A stretch of DNA of 63,486 bases, the filler included, from Phoronis australis (Eukaryota; Animalia; Phoronida), in NCBI GenBank assembly GCA_002633005.1. It is 7 parts of 7 records of this genome, joined end to end, with 100 filler letters (N's around TTAATTAATTAA, not from the genome) between each part and the next. Parts side by side here need not be neighbours in the genome. Positions count along the whole stretch, not along the records: positions 1 to 1,318 come from NMRA01000193.1; positions 1,419 to 6,822 come from NMRA01001398.1; positions 6,923 to 8,444 come from NMRA01001843.1; positions 8,545 to 40,024 come from NMRA01001279.1; 3 more parts are not named here. One strand, given 5' to 3'. Below, piece by piece: positions 1 through 11,979 of this stretch (positions within the stretch are counted from its first letter, which is position 1; the number at the start of each line of letters is the position of its first letter). Made by a program: the position numbers and the translations under genes. The notes beneath the pieces are model-generated. The model saw only the letters and a list, made by a program, of their open reading frames with translations. It did no database searches and was not told where the DNA came from.

Positions 1-1010
1 CCAGGTAAACAGCTCTAGTAACCGCACAGGTCAACAAACAAACGTAGCATTTGTTTTGTCGCGATTGCGCGTTTTTCGTAGTATAGTACCCCTGTGAAGT
101 CCACTCCAATAACAGTAAATGGTGGCGCTTCTTCTAGTCGGAATTTAGGCAAAGGTGGCTCCACAGGTACACTGTAATATGTCCCAATAACTTTCAAGCA
201 GGTAACACACTTTCGAATAACAGCTTTGACAATTTGGCGGATGCGTGGAATCCAATATGTTTGTTGGATGTACGCTGTAGTTGACAGAACTCGTGCATGT
301 AACATTGCATGGTGCGCTGATCGTACAATCAGCCTCGTAAACTCGCAATCAGCTGGTAAAAGTATGGGATATCTAGCTTCAAACTTGATATTTGCATTCT
401 GCAGTCTTCCTCCACAGCGGATTAGCTGTCGGTCATCGAGGAATAGTTTCAATTAGCGTATACGGGCGCTACCTTCCTTGGATCCTTGCAGCACTCTTAA
501 CTCACATTCGTAATAACGGGTTTGTAGGTGTTGGATCCATAGGCGTTCAACTTGACAAATATCGTCAGCAGAAATCTGTGTCGTTCCCGGTCTCTTATGC
601 AGTTTGTCGACAAACTTCAGGACGTACGCTGTTACTCCGTAACAGCTTGTTCAGGGTTGAGTACTTGGCAAGATCGATAATATTAGACAAGTTCAACTGG
701 TCAGGTCGTGCAGCATTCACTGGTAGTGCACTGAATTGTGGTTCGGTGTTGGCACTTGTGGTTAGGTGGCACCAGTCGCTCTCAAAATTACTAGAAGAGT
801 CATTCACGCAAGACATGACGAGACTTTGGGGAGAGGGTGCGATGGGCCAGTCACCGTTGGTTAACCAAGATGGTCCGCTCCACCACAACGAACATGAGCG
901 TAGACTGGCAGTTGAAATTCCTCGTGTGAGCAAGTCGGCAGGGTTGTCTTTGGTAGGGCAGTATTTAATGTCAGAGAAGTGAGCTTGTCTGATTTCGTTT
1001 ACTCGATTGC
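1..1010 (-). mobile_element. BEL/Pao LTR retrotransposon pol fragment (RNase H end, integrase H2C2 and start of core), frameshifted
   Basis: Minus-strand translation gives NRVNEIR..YCPTKDNPADLLTRG..LWWSGPSWL, then GRLQNA..YPILLP..H..H..YWIP..C..C and PPFTVIGVDFTG. These are typical Pao/BEL motifs, split over several frames. Confidence 0.9.
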
Positions 1011-1318
1011 ATGGCTACTGATCGGTTCGTCAGTGAGATGCCGGGTTGTATTCAGTAACTAAGTGTGGAACACTCAATTACACTGGTAATGCAACTGGCA
1101 GTAGCAAGATGAGGACTGTCTTTATTAGACAAGTGAACGGATTTAGTAGGTTGCATGCACTAAACTTATGATTCAATATTCTACAGGAAAGAACAGGAAG
1201 CAACTATAAGAACTATCACAACAATCATCTGAACTATTCTGTTGTGTTTGCTATATGTGGTAATGGTCAGCTGTCTTTAGGCTATGTTTCTATGAATGAC
1301 CATTACGCAATCTTGTTT

Positions 1319-1418
1319 NNNNNNNNNNNNNNNNNNNNNNNNNNNNNNNNNNNNNNNNNNNNTTAATTAATTAANNNNNNNNNNNNNNNNNNNNNNNNNN
1401 NNNNNNNNNNNNNNNNNN
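1319..1418. other. Artificial 100-nt assembly spacer (N-run, TTAATTAATTAA, N-run); also at 6823-6922, 8445-8544, 40025-40124, 55877-55976, 59993-60092
   Basis: The same six-frame-stop linker sits inside N runs at six places. Confidence 0.95.
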
Positions 1419-1699
1419 CTCAAAATCCTGGATCCGCCCCTGTATCTATATCTTTTTGAAAAGACATTGAGACATATCTTTTAAAGATTTCGTTATTATT
1501 TCAACTGTTCACTTTGGAATCCAGTTCTCTTCTGCCCAATGGAAACGCATTTTGCCTTTGACAGTCGGATGGCAGATAAGCTTGGCAGTAACCAGGCTGA
1601 GGATCAATGACGAGAACAACAGGAGTTGTAGCCAGCTGGGCAAATCGACCAGAAACATGCTATCAGCCACTATGAATTCAACCTAATACCAAGAGCAAT

Positions 1700-3000
1700 C
1701 TTTGCTGCCAGTGGGGCAATGCTGTCATGCACAGACAAATCGAATCGAATCCACCATCTGCAGAAACTTTCCGAAGCAGACGTCTTAGAACAGGACAGTC
1801 CTCAAGCTGCAAGAGAGGTTTTAGACCCAGAAAACATGTAAGCAACATCCAATGAGTGTGTTTACCCAAGCCACAAAACTGCACGTGCGGATAGTATGGA
1901 AGTGATTTTCTTAACTAGAGATTATGACGATATCATTCTGGCTTTGACACCCACAAAGACAAGGCAGAGAAAGGGTCAAGTATAGTACCAGATAAGAGAT
2001 GATACTTACATAAAGAACATCCCAATGAGCAGTTTCCTCTTCCATGACCAAAAAAAGCTCAACCTACTGAATATCTGTCTGCAAAGACACTTGAATATAA
2101 TAAAGACTCATCCAAGATAGCCATTACTTCAGCTTCAGGATGCACAATGAGCAACCAACGTGATCTACGCTTAGAACAAACCGATCACGAAAAAGGCAGA
2201 TGTATTGCTAATACACTGTACATCATGCAGTTCTGGCATCACATCAAAAGGTCCCTGATTCTCAGCTGATGTTTTCTTTTCACATGACATAGACTTACTA
2301 GTGCTCGTCATTTCCTATTATGACAGGCTTCTCAGAAATACTTCAGTCCCCATGGCATCTGGGATTGTGGACGTGAATCAAATATGGACAATATTAGGTG
2401 CTGTCCGGGTAAAGGTTCTTCCTGCTTTCCATGCTTTTACATGGACAGACAACACTGGTCCATTCTGTAGGTTGAATATATATATTTTGAAGGCAAACGC
2501 CGATGATATCAATGCACAGCAATTTTTTTCTAGTCCTTACGAAGTAACTGGTGAACCTTTTTTCACATTAGCCCCTTTTACATGTGCATACTCACCACAT
2601 GGTATAGACACAAATAGCATCCCAGAGCTGAGATGGTACCTCTTCTGTAAACATATAGCTGACAGCGACAAACGTCCACCAACCATTGGTGCTTTGAAAC
2701 AGCATGTGCTGAGGGTGTGCCAGAGTGTGGGACCAGGCAGTCATTGCTATACAGGAATTCCTTGATCCATTGCAGAATGAATTTACAAAGACAAAGATGA
2801 CCAGCTGAAACACTCACAACTGAGGAGCTTCTGGCGCCAGAGGCTATCATTGATATGGTTAGATGCCAGTGTAAAAACAATTCTTCTTCCCAGAGATGTT
2901 CTTGCCGATCAAAGGTACCTATCTTACACAGATCTATGTCAGTATAGTGCAGAATGTCAGAATGGTGATGATGATGTGATTCCTGGTGACACTGATAGCT
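1700..3000 (+). mobile_element. Degenerate Academ-like (XPG-nuclease + C-terminal Cys cluster) DNA transposon fragment
   Basis: Frameshifted DHE..AD, then SHDIDLLVL (DTD-like), LPAFHAFTWTDNTG (FHAFTGxD-like), LRWYLFCK..PPTIGALKQH and MVRCQCK....RCSCR. The order matches the FEN1/XPG-like plus Cys-finger C-terminus of Academ proteins. Confidence 0.65.
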
Positions 3001-3290
3001 ATAGTTTTTTATGTATTTATTAATTCCTTTACAAACAATTACAAAAACAAACAAACAAATAAGTACACCATTCATTCATGCATGCACACCTCAGGAAGAC
3101 CATTCTCATATCTCGTTTAAAGTAAATATCTTCTACATGAACTTAACATGAACAATAAATTTTTCCCATTTTGCAGAGAAGCTGTCATGTACAAAGTTTT
3201 TATGTGCATTTAATTTTTCAGCATTATGAGAAAATTAGGTATATTTTTGTGACATCTCTCTTTGTAAATGTACTGCTTAGCTAGTAGAAG

Positions 3291-5482
3291 TAAAATGTTA
3301 AATAGAAAATCTTGCGTCTTGTAAAGTCCAAGAATAACAATATCGTAAGACANAAGTAAAATGTTAAATAGAAAATCTTGCGTCTTGTAAAGTCCAAGAA
3401 CAACAATATCGTAAGACAGACAGTTGGGAAGCTGAATGCCACACTTTTGAAGTAGCTTTTCGAATTCCTTCCAGAAATCTTGTACAAAGATGTAGCTGTC
3501 CGGGTTGCCGTCCTTGTCGACAATCGTGCCAGGGGACCACGTCTTCTTCTCCTTGTTTAGAATACAGACGTTCTGGCCTGGGAGCAGCGGTGGAAGCCTA
3601 CGTGAGCTGTTGTGTGCACATGTCGTTGGCTCTTGCTTTTAGCTGCTGACGATGCTCATCCCGTCCAGGAACAGAGTGACTAGGGAGATTGGTAACGACT
3701 GGGCGACCAAAGAGAAGTTCTGCTGGAGACGTAAGTTTCGTGTCAATGGGTGTGGCTCTTAGCTGGAGCAGTGCAAGCGCGATGTCAGACGTTTGAAGAA
3801 GACACTTCTTGACCACAGATTTGATATGACGGACATATCTTTCTATGAAGCCATTGCTGCATGGAAAGTGGGGTGAGCTTGTGACATGCTTTATGTCCCA
3901 TGACGATATGAATTCTCTGAATGATGGTCCAGTGTACTGGGGTCCATTGTCCGTCATAATCTCGTCGGGTCTTCCGAACAGAGCACAATAATCTCTTATC
4001 TTCTTTGTTACAGCTTGGCTTGTGGCTGAAGTACCCATCTCGTCAAGCAGAGGGAACTTGGAGTATCTGTCAACGGTCAGCAAGTACTGTCTGCCGTCGA
4101 TTTCAAACAGGTCAGAGGCAATAAGTTGCCATGGTCGTGAGGGAACGTCGTGTGGTGTGATGCATCCACGAGGGTTGGCATCCTGGAATTCTTGACAGAG
4201 TGGACAGGACTTGCACAGCCTTTCGATATCGGCGCTTATTCCGACCCAGTATACGCTCTCGCGGGCCAATCTTCTTGTCTTCTGCACACCTTGGTGGCTG
4301 TCATGAAGTTGTCGCAAGACGTCTTCCTTCATCGTGTTTGGGATAATGATTTATCGTCCCTTGAACAGAACACCAGCTTTAACGGCTAATTCGTCTCTAA
4401 ACGACCAGTAGGGTCTTGCTCGTTTGGGCAGGTCTTTGATGTTTTCTGGCCATCCTTGGTAAACGACCTCTTTGATAAAGTTGAGTACTGGATCACGTAC
4501 GGTTTCTTCTCGCATGCGGGTTTGTTTGGATTCTGAGAAGTTGACGATGCCAGTTATTATGTCAATGTCATTGATTCTCTCGTCGAGTTCTTATATCTGA
4601 GTCGTTCTCAGGGTTTGGTAGTCGACTGAGGGTGTCGGGGAGTGTCATCTGGCCGCCAGGTCTGTAGGTGATCTCAAAATTGTACCCCTGTATCTTCACT
4701 AGCATTTGTTGGAGTCTTGGAGGTGCAGAGTGGAGTGGCTTGGAGCATATGGTGACTAGTGGCTTGTGGTCCGTAACGATGACAAATGCTTTGCCGTATA
4801 GGTATGTGTGGTATCTCTGTACTCCGTACACTATATCCAACATCTCCCTCTCGATGTTTGAGTAGCGGGATTGACAGGAGGTGAATGTCTTTGAGCCGAA
4901 GGCCACAGGTTGTCCATCTTGGATAAGAGCGACTCCGAGTCCTTTTTGAGAGGCGTCGACCTCTAGGGTGAGGGTCTTTGTCGCATCGTAGTACAACAGT
5001 GTGCAGTCAGGAGTATAACCAAGGTTTTCAATTCCTGGTAGCACTTCTCATATGACTGATCCCATGTCCATGCAGTGTCAGCTTTTAGGAGACAGCGTAA
5101 CGGGTGGGCCTTCTCAGCCAAGTTAAGTATGTACTGGGACAAGTAGGTGAGCATGCCCATAAACCGTTGTAGATCTTCCTTGGACTGGGGGGAGGGCATG
5201 TGATGGATGTCGTAGATTTTAGAGGGGTCAGGCTTGACGCCCTTGTCGGTGTAAAGATTGCCAAAGAAGGATATGCTGGTCTGTTTAATAACGCACTTAG
5301 AAAGAAAGATGTCCGCAGGTTGGTGACATTCTGGACGTTAGTTCAGGTTGCAGGTCGATGTACGGATGTTGAGAGACATGCAGGTTTACCGCTGCCACCA
5401 TGTAGTAATAGCTGGTCGTTATAAGCGTATATAAAACGACGACTGAAGTCTGACATAAAACACATGTATTCTACTTAGCTGA
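3291..5482 (-). mobile_element. Ty3/Gypsy LTR retrotransposon, internally deleted: partial 5' LTR, PBS, RT C-terminus, RNase H, integrase
   Basis: SKC..SISFFG..KPDP, LQRFMGM, DASQKGLG..YSNIEREML..TDHKPL, LHDSHQG..YW..C..C, DLF..VDRYSK..TDNGPQY..SNGFIER. Frameshifts are present. Confidence 0.92.
5388..5400 (-). promoter_or_regulatory. Primer-binding site complementary to tRNA-Leu 3' end
   Basis: Minus strand reads ...TACTACA|TGGTGGCAGCGGT: an LTR-terminal CA directly followed by the complement of ACCGCTGCCACCA. Confidence 0.75.
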
Positions 5483-5483
5483 N

Positions 5484-5925
5484 AAAAAATGCAAAATCGG
5501 CACTTTTCACCCGAAAAACACCACTTCCCTGCCGATGCACGACTAAAACCAAACTTAGAGTCTGAAAGCAAATTTCCTACCGATTCAGAAAATGTGGTCC
5601 AAAAGTACTGTCAACCAACTAGTTTTTTGGCAATTCTTGCTTGTTTGAGGGCTACCTAAAATCACAGCCAATTTCTCAGTCGCTACCCAACAATGCACAA
5701 TTGCAGCCGGGGGCCGCCATCTTAAAGAAGAGTGCAGCTACAGCCAAGAAAGTGGCCTTTTTTATTCACAGCATGTTCACAAATACAAACAAACCACATT
5801 CACTGAGCCTACGTGCAATTGCACCCACCTACAAAATGCCCCCAAACTTGGCCTACCCCAAAATTTCAATATTTTGGAAGTGCAAATTGGACGCGGCTGC
5901 AGCCTAACTATTCAGTGCCACTTGA
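5484..5925. repeat. Dispersed repeat family A, copy 1 (other copies ~10105-10710 and ~33520-34210)
   Basis: Shared blocks CCTGCCGATGC.CGACTAAA, TTTCTCAGTC..TACCC, AAATACAAACAAAC and GCCTACCCC/GTTACCCC. Confidence 0.8.
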
Positions 5926-6922
5926 AAGTCGTCGGCAACGCCGCGATAAGAAAGAAATTTGCCACGGAAATTTTATATCAAATCCGATCCGATTTTTTTG
6001 ATGCGGAAATATAATAAAATACGCGGACAGAACATTTGGAAAAAAGCGGAAATCCGCGTGTCCGCGGAAAATTCCAAGCCTTGATGTTTTGGTGGCACCA
6101 GGGTCATTGCTCCCATGAGATAGCCAACGTTCCTTTTATGTAAAGTCTCTTGACATCCAAAATACATTTTACTAGTATCTGTTTTTGATAACGTTACAGA
6201 AAATACCATGGTATAAACAATCTCAATTAAGCAGCATAATCTCAATGGCTACTACTTTACCACGAGGAAATTCACCATTGTTTGATGATGCCAAACTTAG
6301 TAGACTTTCCAGGAGAATTCCTAGTGGTCCACATGATAACCAATTATGTGATAAACAATGTGCCTATATGCCCAATGGATCACGACCCAGTGAGGTTTAT
6401 GACCACAATTGAAATTGTCATTTCAGTGTACAGATTTAGTAAATTTCACCAACATCAAACCATTTTCCGAAATGCAATCTCAAGTTCAAATTGTCAGACT
6501 AACAAATTAACTGACAAATTATATGTTCCATACCATGTGAGCAGAAAACAGTAAAAACCCCAGGCAAAAGCATGGGATGCCTCCCAAGTTTTTTCTCACA
6601 AAGTTTTCCTTGTGATGACTTGTCTGCCTTGAATACCTCCCTGTCTCTAACTTCCCTAAAGATGGAAACACTGCCAAGTCAGTCCTTCGAACAAAATATT
6701 CACATCATTCAGATACTAAGAAAAGTTACAACATCCTCTAAGGGTAATTCCTAATAAATCAATTGCATTTACTATGGAAAGGGAAACAAATTGAAACTAT
6801 AAATATGAATGAAAGAAGCTTANNNNNNNNNNNNNNNNNNNNNNNNNNNNNNNNNNNNNNNNNNNNTTAATTAATTAANNNNNNNNNNNNNNNNNNNNNN
6901 NNNNNNNNNNNNNNNNNNNNNN

Positions 6923-8444
6923 GTGGAGGCCAGTGGAGACCAGTGGAGGTCAGAGGAGGCCAGTGCAGGCCAGTGGAGGCCAGTGGAGATCCGTGGAAGC
7001 CAGTGGAGGCCAGTGGAGGCCAGTGGGGGCCATTGGAGGCCAGTGGAGGCCAGAGGAGGCCAGTGGACGCCAGTGGAGGCCAGTGGAGGCCAGTAGAGTT
7101 CAGAGAAGGCCAGTGGAGCGGAGTGGAGGCCAGTGGAGGCCAGTGGAGGCCAGTGGAAGCCAGTGGAGGCCAGTGGATGCCAGTGGAGGCCACTGTAGGC
7201 CACTGGACGCCAGTGGACGCCAGTGGAGGCCAGTGGAGGCCAATGGAGGCCACATAGGCCAGTGGAGACTAGTGAAGGCCTTTGGACGCCAGAGGAGGCC
7301 ACTGGAGGCCAGTGGAGGCCAGTGGAGGACATTGGAGGCCAGTGGAGGCCAGTTGAGGCCAGTGGAGGCCTGTGGAGGCCAGTGGAGGCCAGTAAAGACC
7401 AGTGGAGGCCTGCGGAGGCTAGTGGAGGCCAGTGGAGGGCAGTGGAGGTCAGTGGAGTCCAGTGGAGGACAGTGGAGGCCAGTTGAGGCCAGTGGATGTC
7501 AGTGGAGGCCCGTGGAGGCCAGTGGAGGCCAGTGGAGGTGAGTAGAAGACAGTGGAGGCCATTTGAGGACAATGGACGCAAGTGGAGGCCATTGGAGGCC
7601 AGTGGAGGCCTGTGGAGGGTAGTGGAGGCCAGTGCAGGCCAGTGGAGACCCTTGGAGGCCAGTGGAGACCAGTGGAGGTCAGAGGAGGCCAGTGGAGGCC
7701 AGTGGAGGCCAGTGGAGGCCAGTGGAGGCCAGTGGAGGCCAGTGGAGGCCAGTGGAGGCCAGTGGAGGCCAGTAGAGTTCAGAGGAGGCCAGTGGAGCGG
7801 AGTGGAAGCCAGTGGAGGCCAGTGGAGGCCAGTGGAAGCCAGTGGAGGCCAATGGATGCCAGTGGAGGCAAGTGGACCCCAGGGGAGTCCAGTGGAGGCC
7901 ACTGGAGGCCACTGGACGCCAGTGGACGCCAGTGGAGGCCAGTGGAGGCCAGTGGAATCCAGTGGAGGACAGTGGAGTACAGTGGAGGCCAGTGGAGGGC
8001 AGTGGAGTCCATTGGAGGCCAGTGGAGGCCAGTACAGTCCAGTGGAGGCCAGTGGAGACCAGTCGTGTCCAGTGGAAGCCAGTGGAGGCCAGTGGAGGCC
8101 AGTGGAGGCCAGCGGAGGCCAGTGGAGGCTAGAGGAGACCAGTGGGGGCCAGTCGTGTCCAGTGGAAGCCAGTTTAAGCCAATGGAAGCCAGTGGAGGCC
8201 AGTNGAGTCCATTAGAGGCCAGTGGATGCCAGTGGAGGCCAATGGAGGCCAGTGGAGGCCAGTGGAGTCATGTGGGGCGCTGTGGAGTTCAGTGGAGGCC
8301 GGTGAGGGCCAGTGGAGGCCTGTGGAGGCCAGTGGAGGCCAGTGGAGTTCAGTGGTAGCCAGTAGAGGCGAAAGGACGCCAGTGGAGGCCAGTGGAGGTC
8401 AGTCGATGCCAGTGGATCCCGGTGGGAGCCAGTGGAGGCCAGTG
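6923..8444. repeat. 10-bp satellite/minisatellite (CAGTGGAGGC)n
   Basis: About 150 degenerate tandem units fill the whole segment between two spacers. They produce the spurious WRPVEASGGQ / LASTGLHWPP ORFs. Confidence 0.97.
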
Positions 8445-9057
8445 NNNNNNNNNNNNNNNNNNNNNNNNNNNNNNNNNNNNNNNNNNNNTTAATTAATTAA
8501 NNNNNNNNNNNNNNNNNNNNNNNNNNNNNNNNNNNNNNNNNNNNAGCTTAAATCCAATTTCAAGTCGGAACACGGCGCATTCGTAACGGAACTATGGCTA
8601 AGTATAGGCTCTCCCGCAATATCCCAGGCGACCGGCAATGGCGCTGCGCACTACGACTCCGTTTCCGTCGTCTGCTCCACTGTGCAGTGAAGAAAGATTA
8701 CTTCATTTTTTAAAGACATTAGAACCTGAGTGACGATGAAAAAACAGAAGCTGCTGGTAAGATGTGAATTTTAACCGAAGCCTTAGTGAGTCACTCAGAA
8801 ACTCGCAATACTCCAATACTCTTCTTGTCAAACTTTATCTTAAGACGATTTCCAAAGCAACCCGTCATTATTGCCAACACGAAAAATGGATTTGGTCTTT
8901 TGGGCATTTGAAGACTATTTTAAATACGACAAATTTGTTAAGAATTGATGGCACAAAATATCAAAGTGCAATAAGCATTACAAAAAGAAGAAGATTTCGC
9001 GCGCAAACGCTGTGGACCATAAACAAGTGGGTCTCTTAGAACGAGATTAGTAGTTAA

Positions 9058-9120
9058 GTCGTCGTGGTGCAGTGGTAACTCACGCGCGCTCTATCCGCGA
9101 CGTCGTGAGTTCGAGTCTTT
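9058..9120 (+). repeat. tRNA-derived SINE-like head
   Basis: A-box-like TGGTGCAGTGG and B-box-like GTTCGAGTC at tRNA spacing, but no good cloverleaf. Confidence 0.45.
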
Positions 9121-9521
9121 GGTAAATGTAGTTTTTCCTGTTTGACACGTTTTCCGTGTTTTTTTGTTTGTTTGATAATACTTCAGGAATCAAGGAAAAT
9201 GCTTGATTTTTAGAGGTAAAAACTGAAAAATTTCCTGGGCGGAACCCGACCTCCCCCCATTCGGTGCGATCCGCATCTACAATCGTGGTTCAGTTTGCGC
9301 AAATGCTTACAGCCGGCCAAAATGTTGGCCCCCCCTTGTGATATCCTAGATCCGCCACTGTAACCAGCCGTAATTTCATGCAAGTGTCTGAAACTACCCT
9401 TGAATGTATGCAGCATTTATGATTTGACCATTTTACTTCGACAAAACAGCTTGCAACCGCATGCGTTTACCGTTCGCCAGTGTCTGGTCTCGATCGGCAC
9501 CGGGTCCGATAGGCTGAGGTC

Positions 9522-9885
9522 CCGAGTCTGGCAAAATAATTTCTGTCAAAATTTATTCGCCATATTTCTTCAGCAAATTCGATAAAATTGTCCGCATTTT
9601 GATTTTATTAAAATTAATGCGCGCTTTCGATTATTTTATCCCCGTTTGCTGGCTGGTAACAGTACAGGCACTGCTCCAGTCGCACTGACGGCGTTTTCTC
9701 GGACCGAGTCTGGCAAAATAATTTCTGTCAAAATTTATTCGCCATATTTCTTCAGCAAATTCGATAAAATTGTCCGTAGTTTGATTATATTAAAATTAAG
9801 GCGCGCTGTCGATTATTTTATCACCGTTTGATGGCTGGTAACAGTACAGGCACTGCTCCAGTCGCACTGACGGCGTTTTCTCGGC
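9522..9885. repeat. Tandem duplication of a 182-bp unit
   Basis: CCGAGTCTGGCAAAATAATTTCTGTC... starts at 9522 and again at 9704, with a few substitutions. Confidence 0.9.
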
Positions 9886-10104
9886 CTGGGTTCCTGAATG
9901 AATTGTACTTGCGGGTTCGCGGCAAGTTCAAAATGGCGGTGGTTCTTCGGGTGCCAATCGTGAGTGGCGCGTTCATTTAAACTTTTTTCGAGTACGAATC
10001 GTGTATTAGTTATGGGGTAAGTACTTCTTGGATCCTTATAACATCATCTAACCCTGTAATAAGGGTTAACAACGTGTGAGAGCAGGACTTTAAAGCTTTA
10101 CTGC

Positions 10105-10710
10105 TTTCAAGCGGGAGGGTGCGCAGAACAGTTCTCACACGGGTTTGATTATCAAAACACACCCCAATGGACTCGTCGCCCTTTCTTCACTCTGTCAAAA
10201 AATGTATGCAAAGAACGAAAAATTTTGAGTCATTTCACATCACAAGCCCTACAGATGAGCACAGAAACTTTATTCTCTCTTGAATGTTTTACCCTTTCAC
10301 TCCCACTCAAAGCAAGGTACACTAAGAAAAAAGGGACAAAAACGCAAAATCAGCACATTTTACCCTAAAACACCATTTCCCTGCCGATGCTCGACTAAAT
10401 CCGACATTAGATTGAGGGCTACCTGAAATTGCAGTCTATTTCTCAGTCGTTACCCAGCAATGCACAGTTGCAACAGGGGGCAGTCATCTTGAAGAAGGGT
10501 GCAGCTACAACAAAAAATAGTCTTTTTCATTCTCAACATGTTTACAAATACAAACAAACAACCTTCACTTAGCCTACATGCAATACCTAACTGAAAATGC
10601 CCCCAAGCCTGGCCTACCCCTAGATTTTTTAAAATCTAGGGGTAGGCCAGGAAGTGCAACTGTTCAGTGCCTCCGGAAGTTAAGCTTAGCAGGTAATTCA
10701 AGTACCCTTC
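10105..10710. repeat. Dispersed repeat family A, copy 2
   Basis: Aligns by eye with 33520-34210 and 5484-5925. Confidence 0.8.
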
Positions 10711-11046
10711 ATGGTCTTTCGATTTCAAAATCTGCCTGATCCACACCCAGTTTTTTACCTGATTTCTGGACTCTGAAGAGTTTTGGCTGTCTGAATCCAC
10801 TGCCTCTCAGTTCTTAGTAATCGCATGCAAATGGTGGCTTTGGGATGAAAACTGCTGATTTAGCATATTTTGACTCGTTTTTCAAGTACCAACNAAGTCA
10901 GTTTAATAGCTTTGACAAATGACGCAATATGAACCATATTCCCACCTCCAACTTCAGATTTCTGCACCATGTAATCGCATGCAAATGGTGGCTTTGGGAT
11001 GAAAACTGCTGATTTAGCATATTTTGACTCGTTTTTCAAGTACCAA

Positions 11047-11115
11047 CATGGGCGGCGCGCAATAGGAGGCTGGGGGCCATAGCCTCCCACTTATTTCAGT
11101 GCTGCACCGCCCATG
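11047..11115. mobile_element. 69-bp MITE (CATGGGCGG...CCGCCCATG)
   Basis: Perfect 9-bp TIR, flanked by a CCAA duplication. Confidence 0.7.
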
Positions 11116-11345
11116 CCAACTCAGCAAAAGCTGTTGAGGGTAGGTTGAGCTCATCCTTTGGGGATAGCTTTGACCTTTGTAGGAGAATGCCACCCGATTT
11201 AATTAGTCTTTTTTGCCGTCTTAATCGGTCTATATCCACATCGCCTCGCACACGGTCGACCTTACCTTGCCAAGAGGTGTCGCGTTAACCTGTGAAGAAG
11301 GTGAGAAACGACGCTAGCGACGTCAGTGGTTCATAAGCAGAGTGA

Positions 11346-11720
11346 ATGCCGCTACTTTGCAGTGCATCGTTCCCGCTTGTCCCAACTAAGCAGCTGCGAG
11401 GAAAGCGGGTATATCGTTTTTTGTTACTTCCTCGAAAGTCCGAAATGCTTAGGAAGTGGCTCATGGTAGTGAAAAATGAAATGTACGCTGTAAATAGCAA
11501 GTATGATGCCGTGAAACATCTCCGTGTCTGTGGCCTGCACACGTCGACAGTGCCTGACGAAAGTGCTGGCTTACCAAATAACTCCATACCTTCCGATGTC
11601 TGAGCTTGTTCACGGCGCCTCTCTAGTATTTCTTCATCACTGTATTCCTGTTCGAATTGATTGCCTGTAAAACTTAACGATCCACCTGCGAAGTCGGGAC
11701 TAATGAGCTCTAGCTCGTCC
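11346..11720. mobile_element. Degenerate THAP-domain ORF start (+) facing an acidic QFEQEYSDEE ORF start (-); possible deleted Kolobok-type transposon
   Basis: The + strand gives MPLLCS...P......RKW...LRVCGLH (THAP-like). The - strand gives FTGNQFEQEYSDEEILERRR. Confidence 0.5.
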
Positions 11721-11979
11721 TAAGTCGGGATTGCGAGTTGCCGTGTTGGCGTTTATTACTGAGCGTTCTGTTTCAAAATGAATTATTCTCATCCTAACCA
11801 ATACTTATATAAAACTGAAACAAAGTCTGTCTCATTAGATGCAGTTTGTAATGCCTTTGGAGTGTTCGTGAGTGCAAATAATTTGAGAAGCCAGCAATGA
11901 ATAAATCACTGCGTTACCGGCTTTAGGTGCAATAAAACTAATTGACGGGACACCTAGGCCGTGTGAGCTCATGGAAATT

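Noticed and set aside
3293-3420. ~56-bp direct repeat
   Set aside because: The junction is an n, indicating an assembly overlap artefact.
6867-8492. Long repetitive ORFs (WRPVEASGGQ / LASTGLHWPP)
   Set aside because: They are a by-product of a stop-free 10-bp satellite and are open in every frame on both strands.
10817-11047. 77-bp direct repeat
   Set aside because: The first copy ends at the n at 10894, indicating an assembly artefact.
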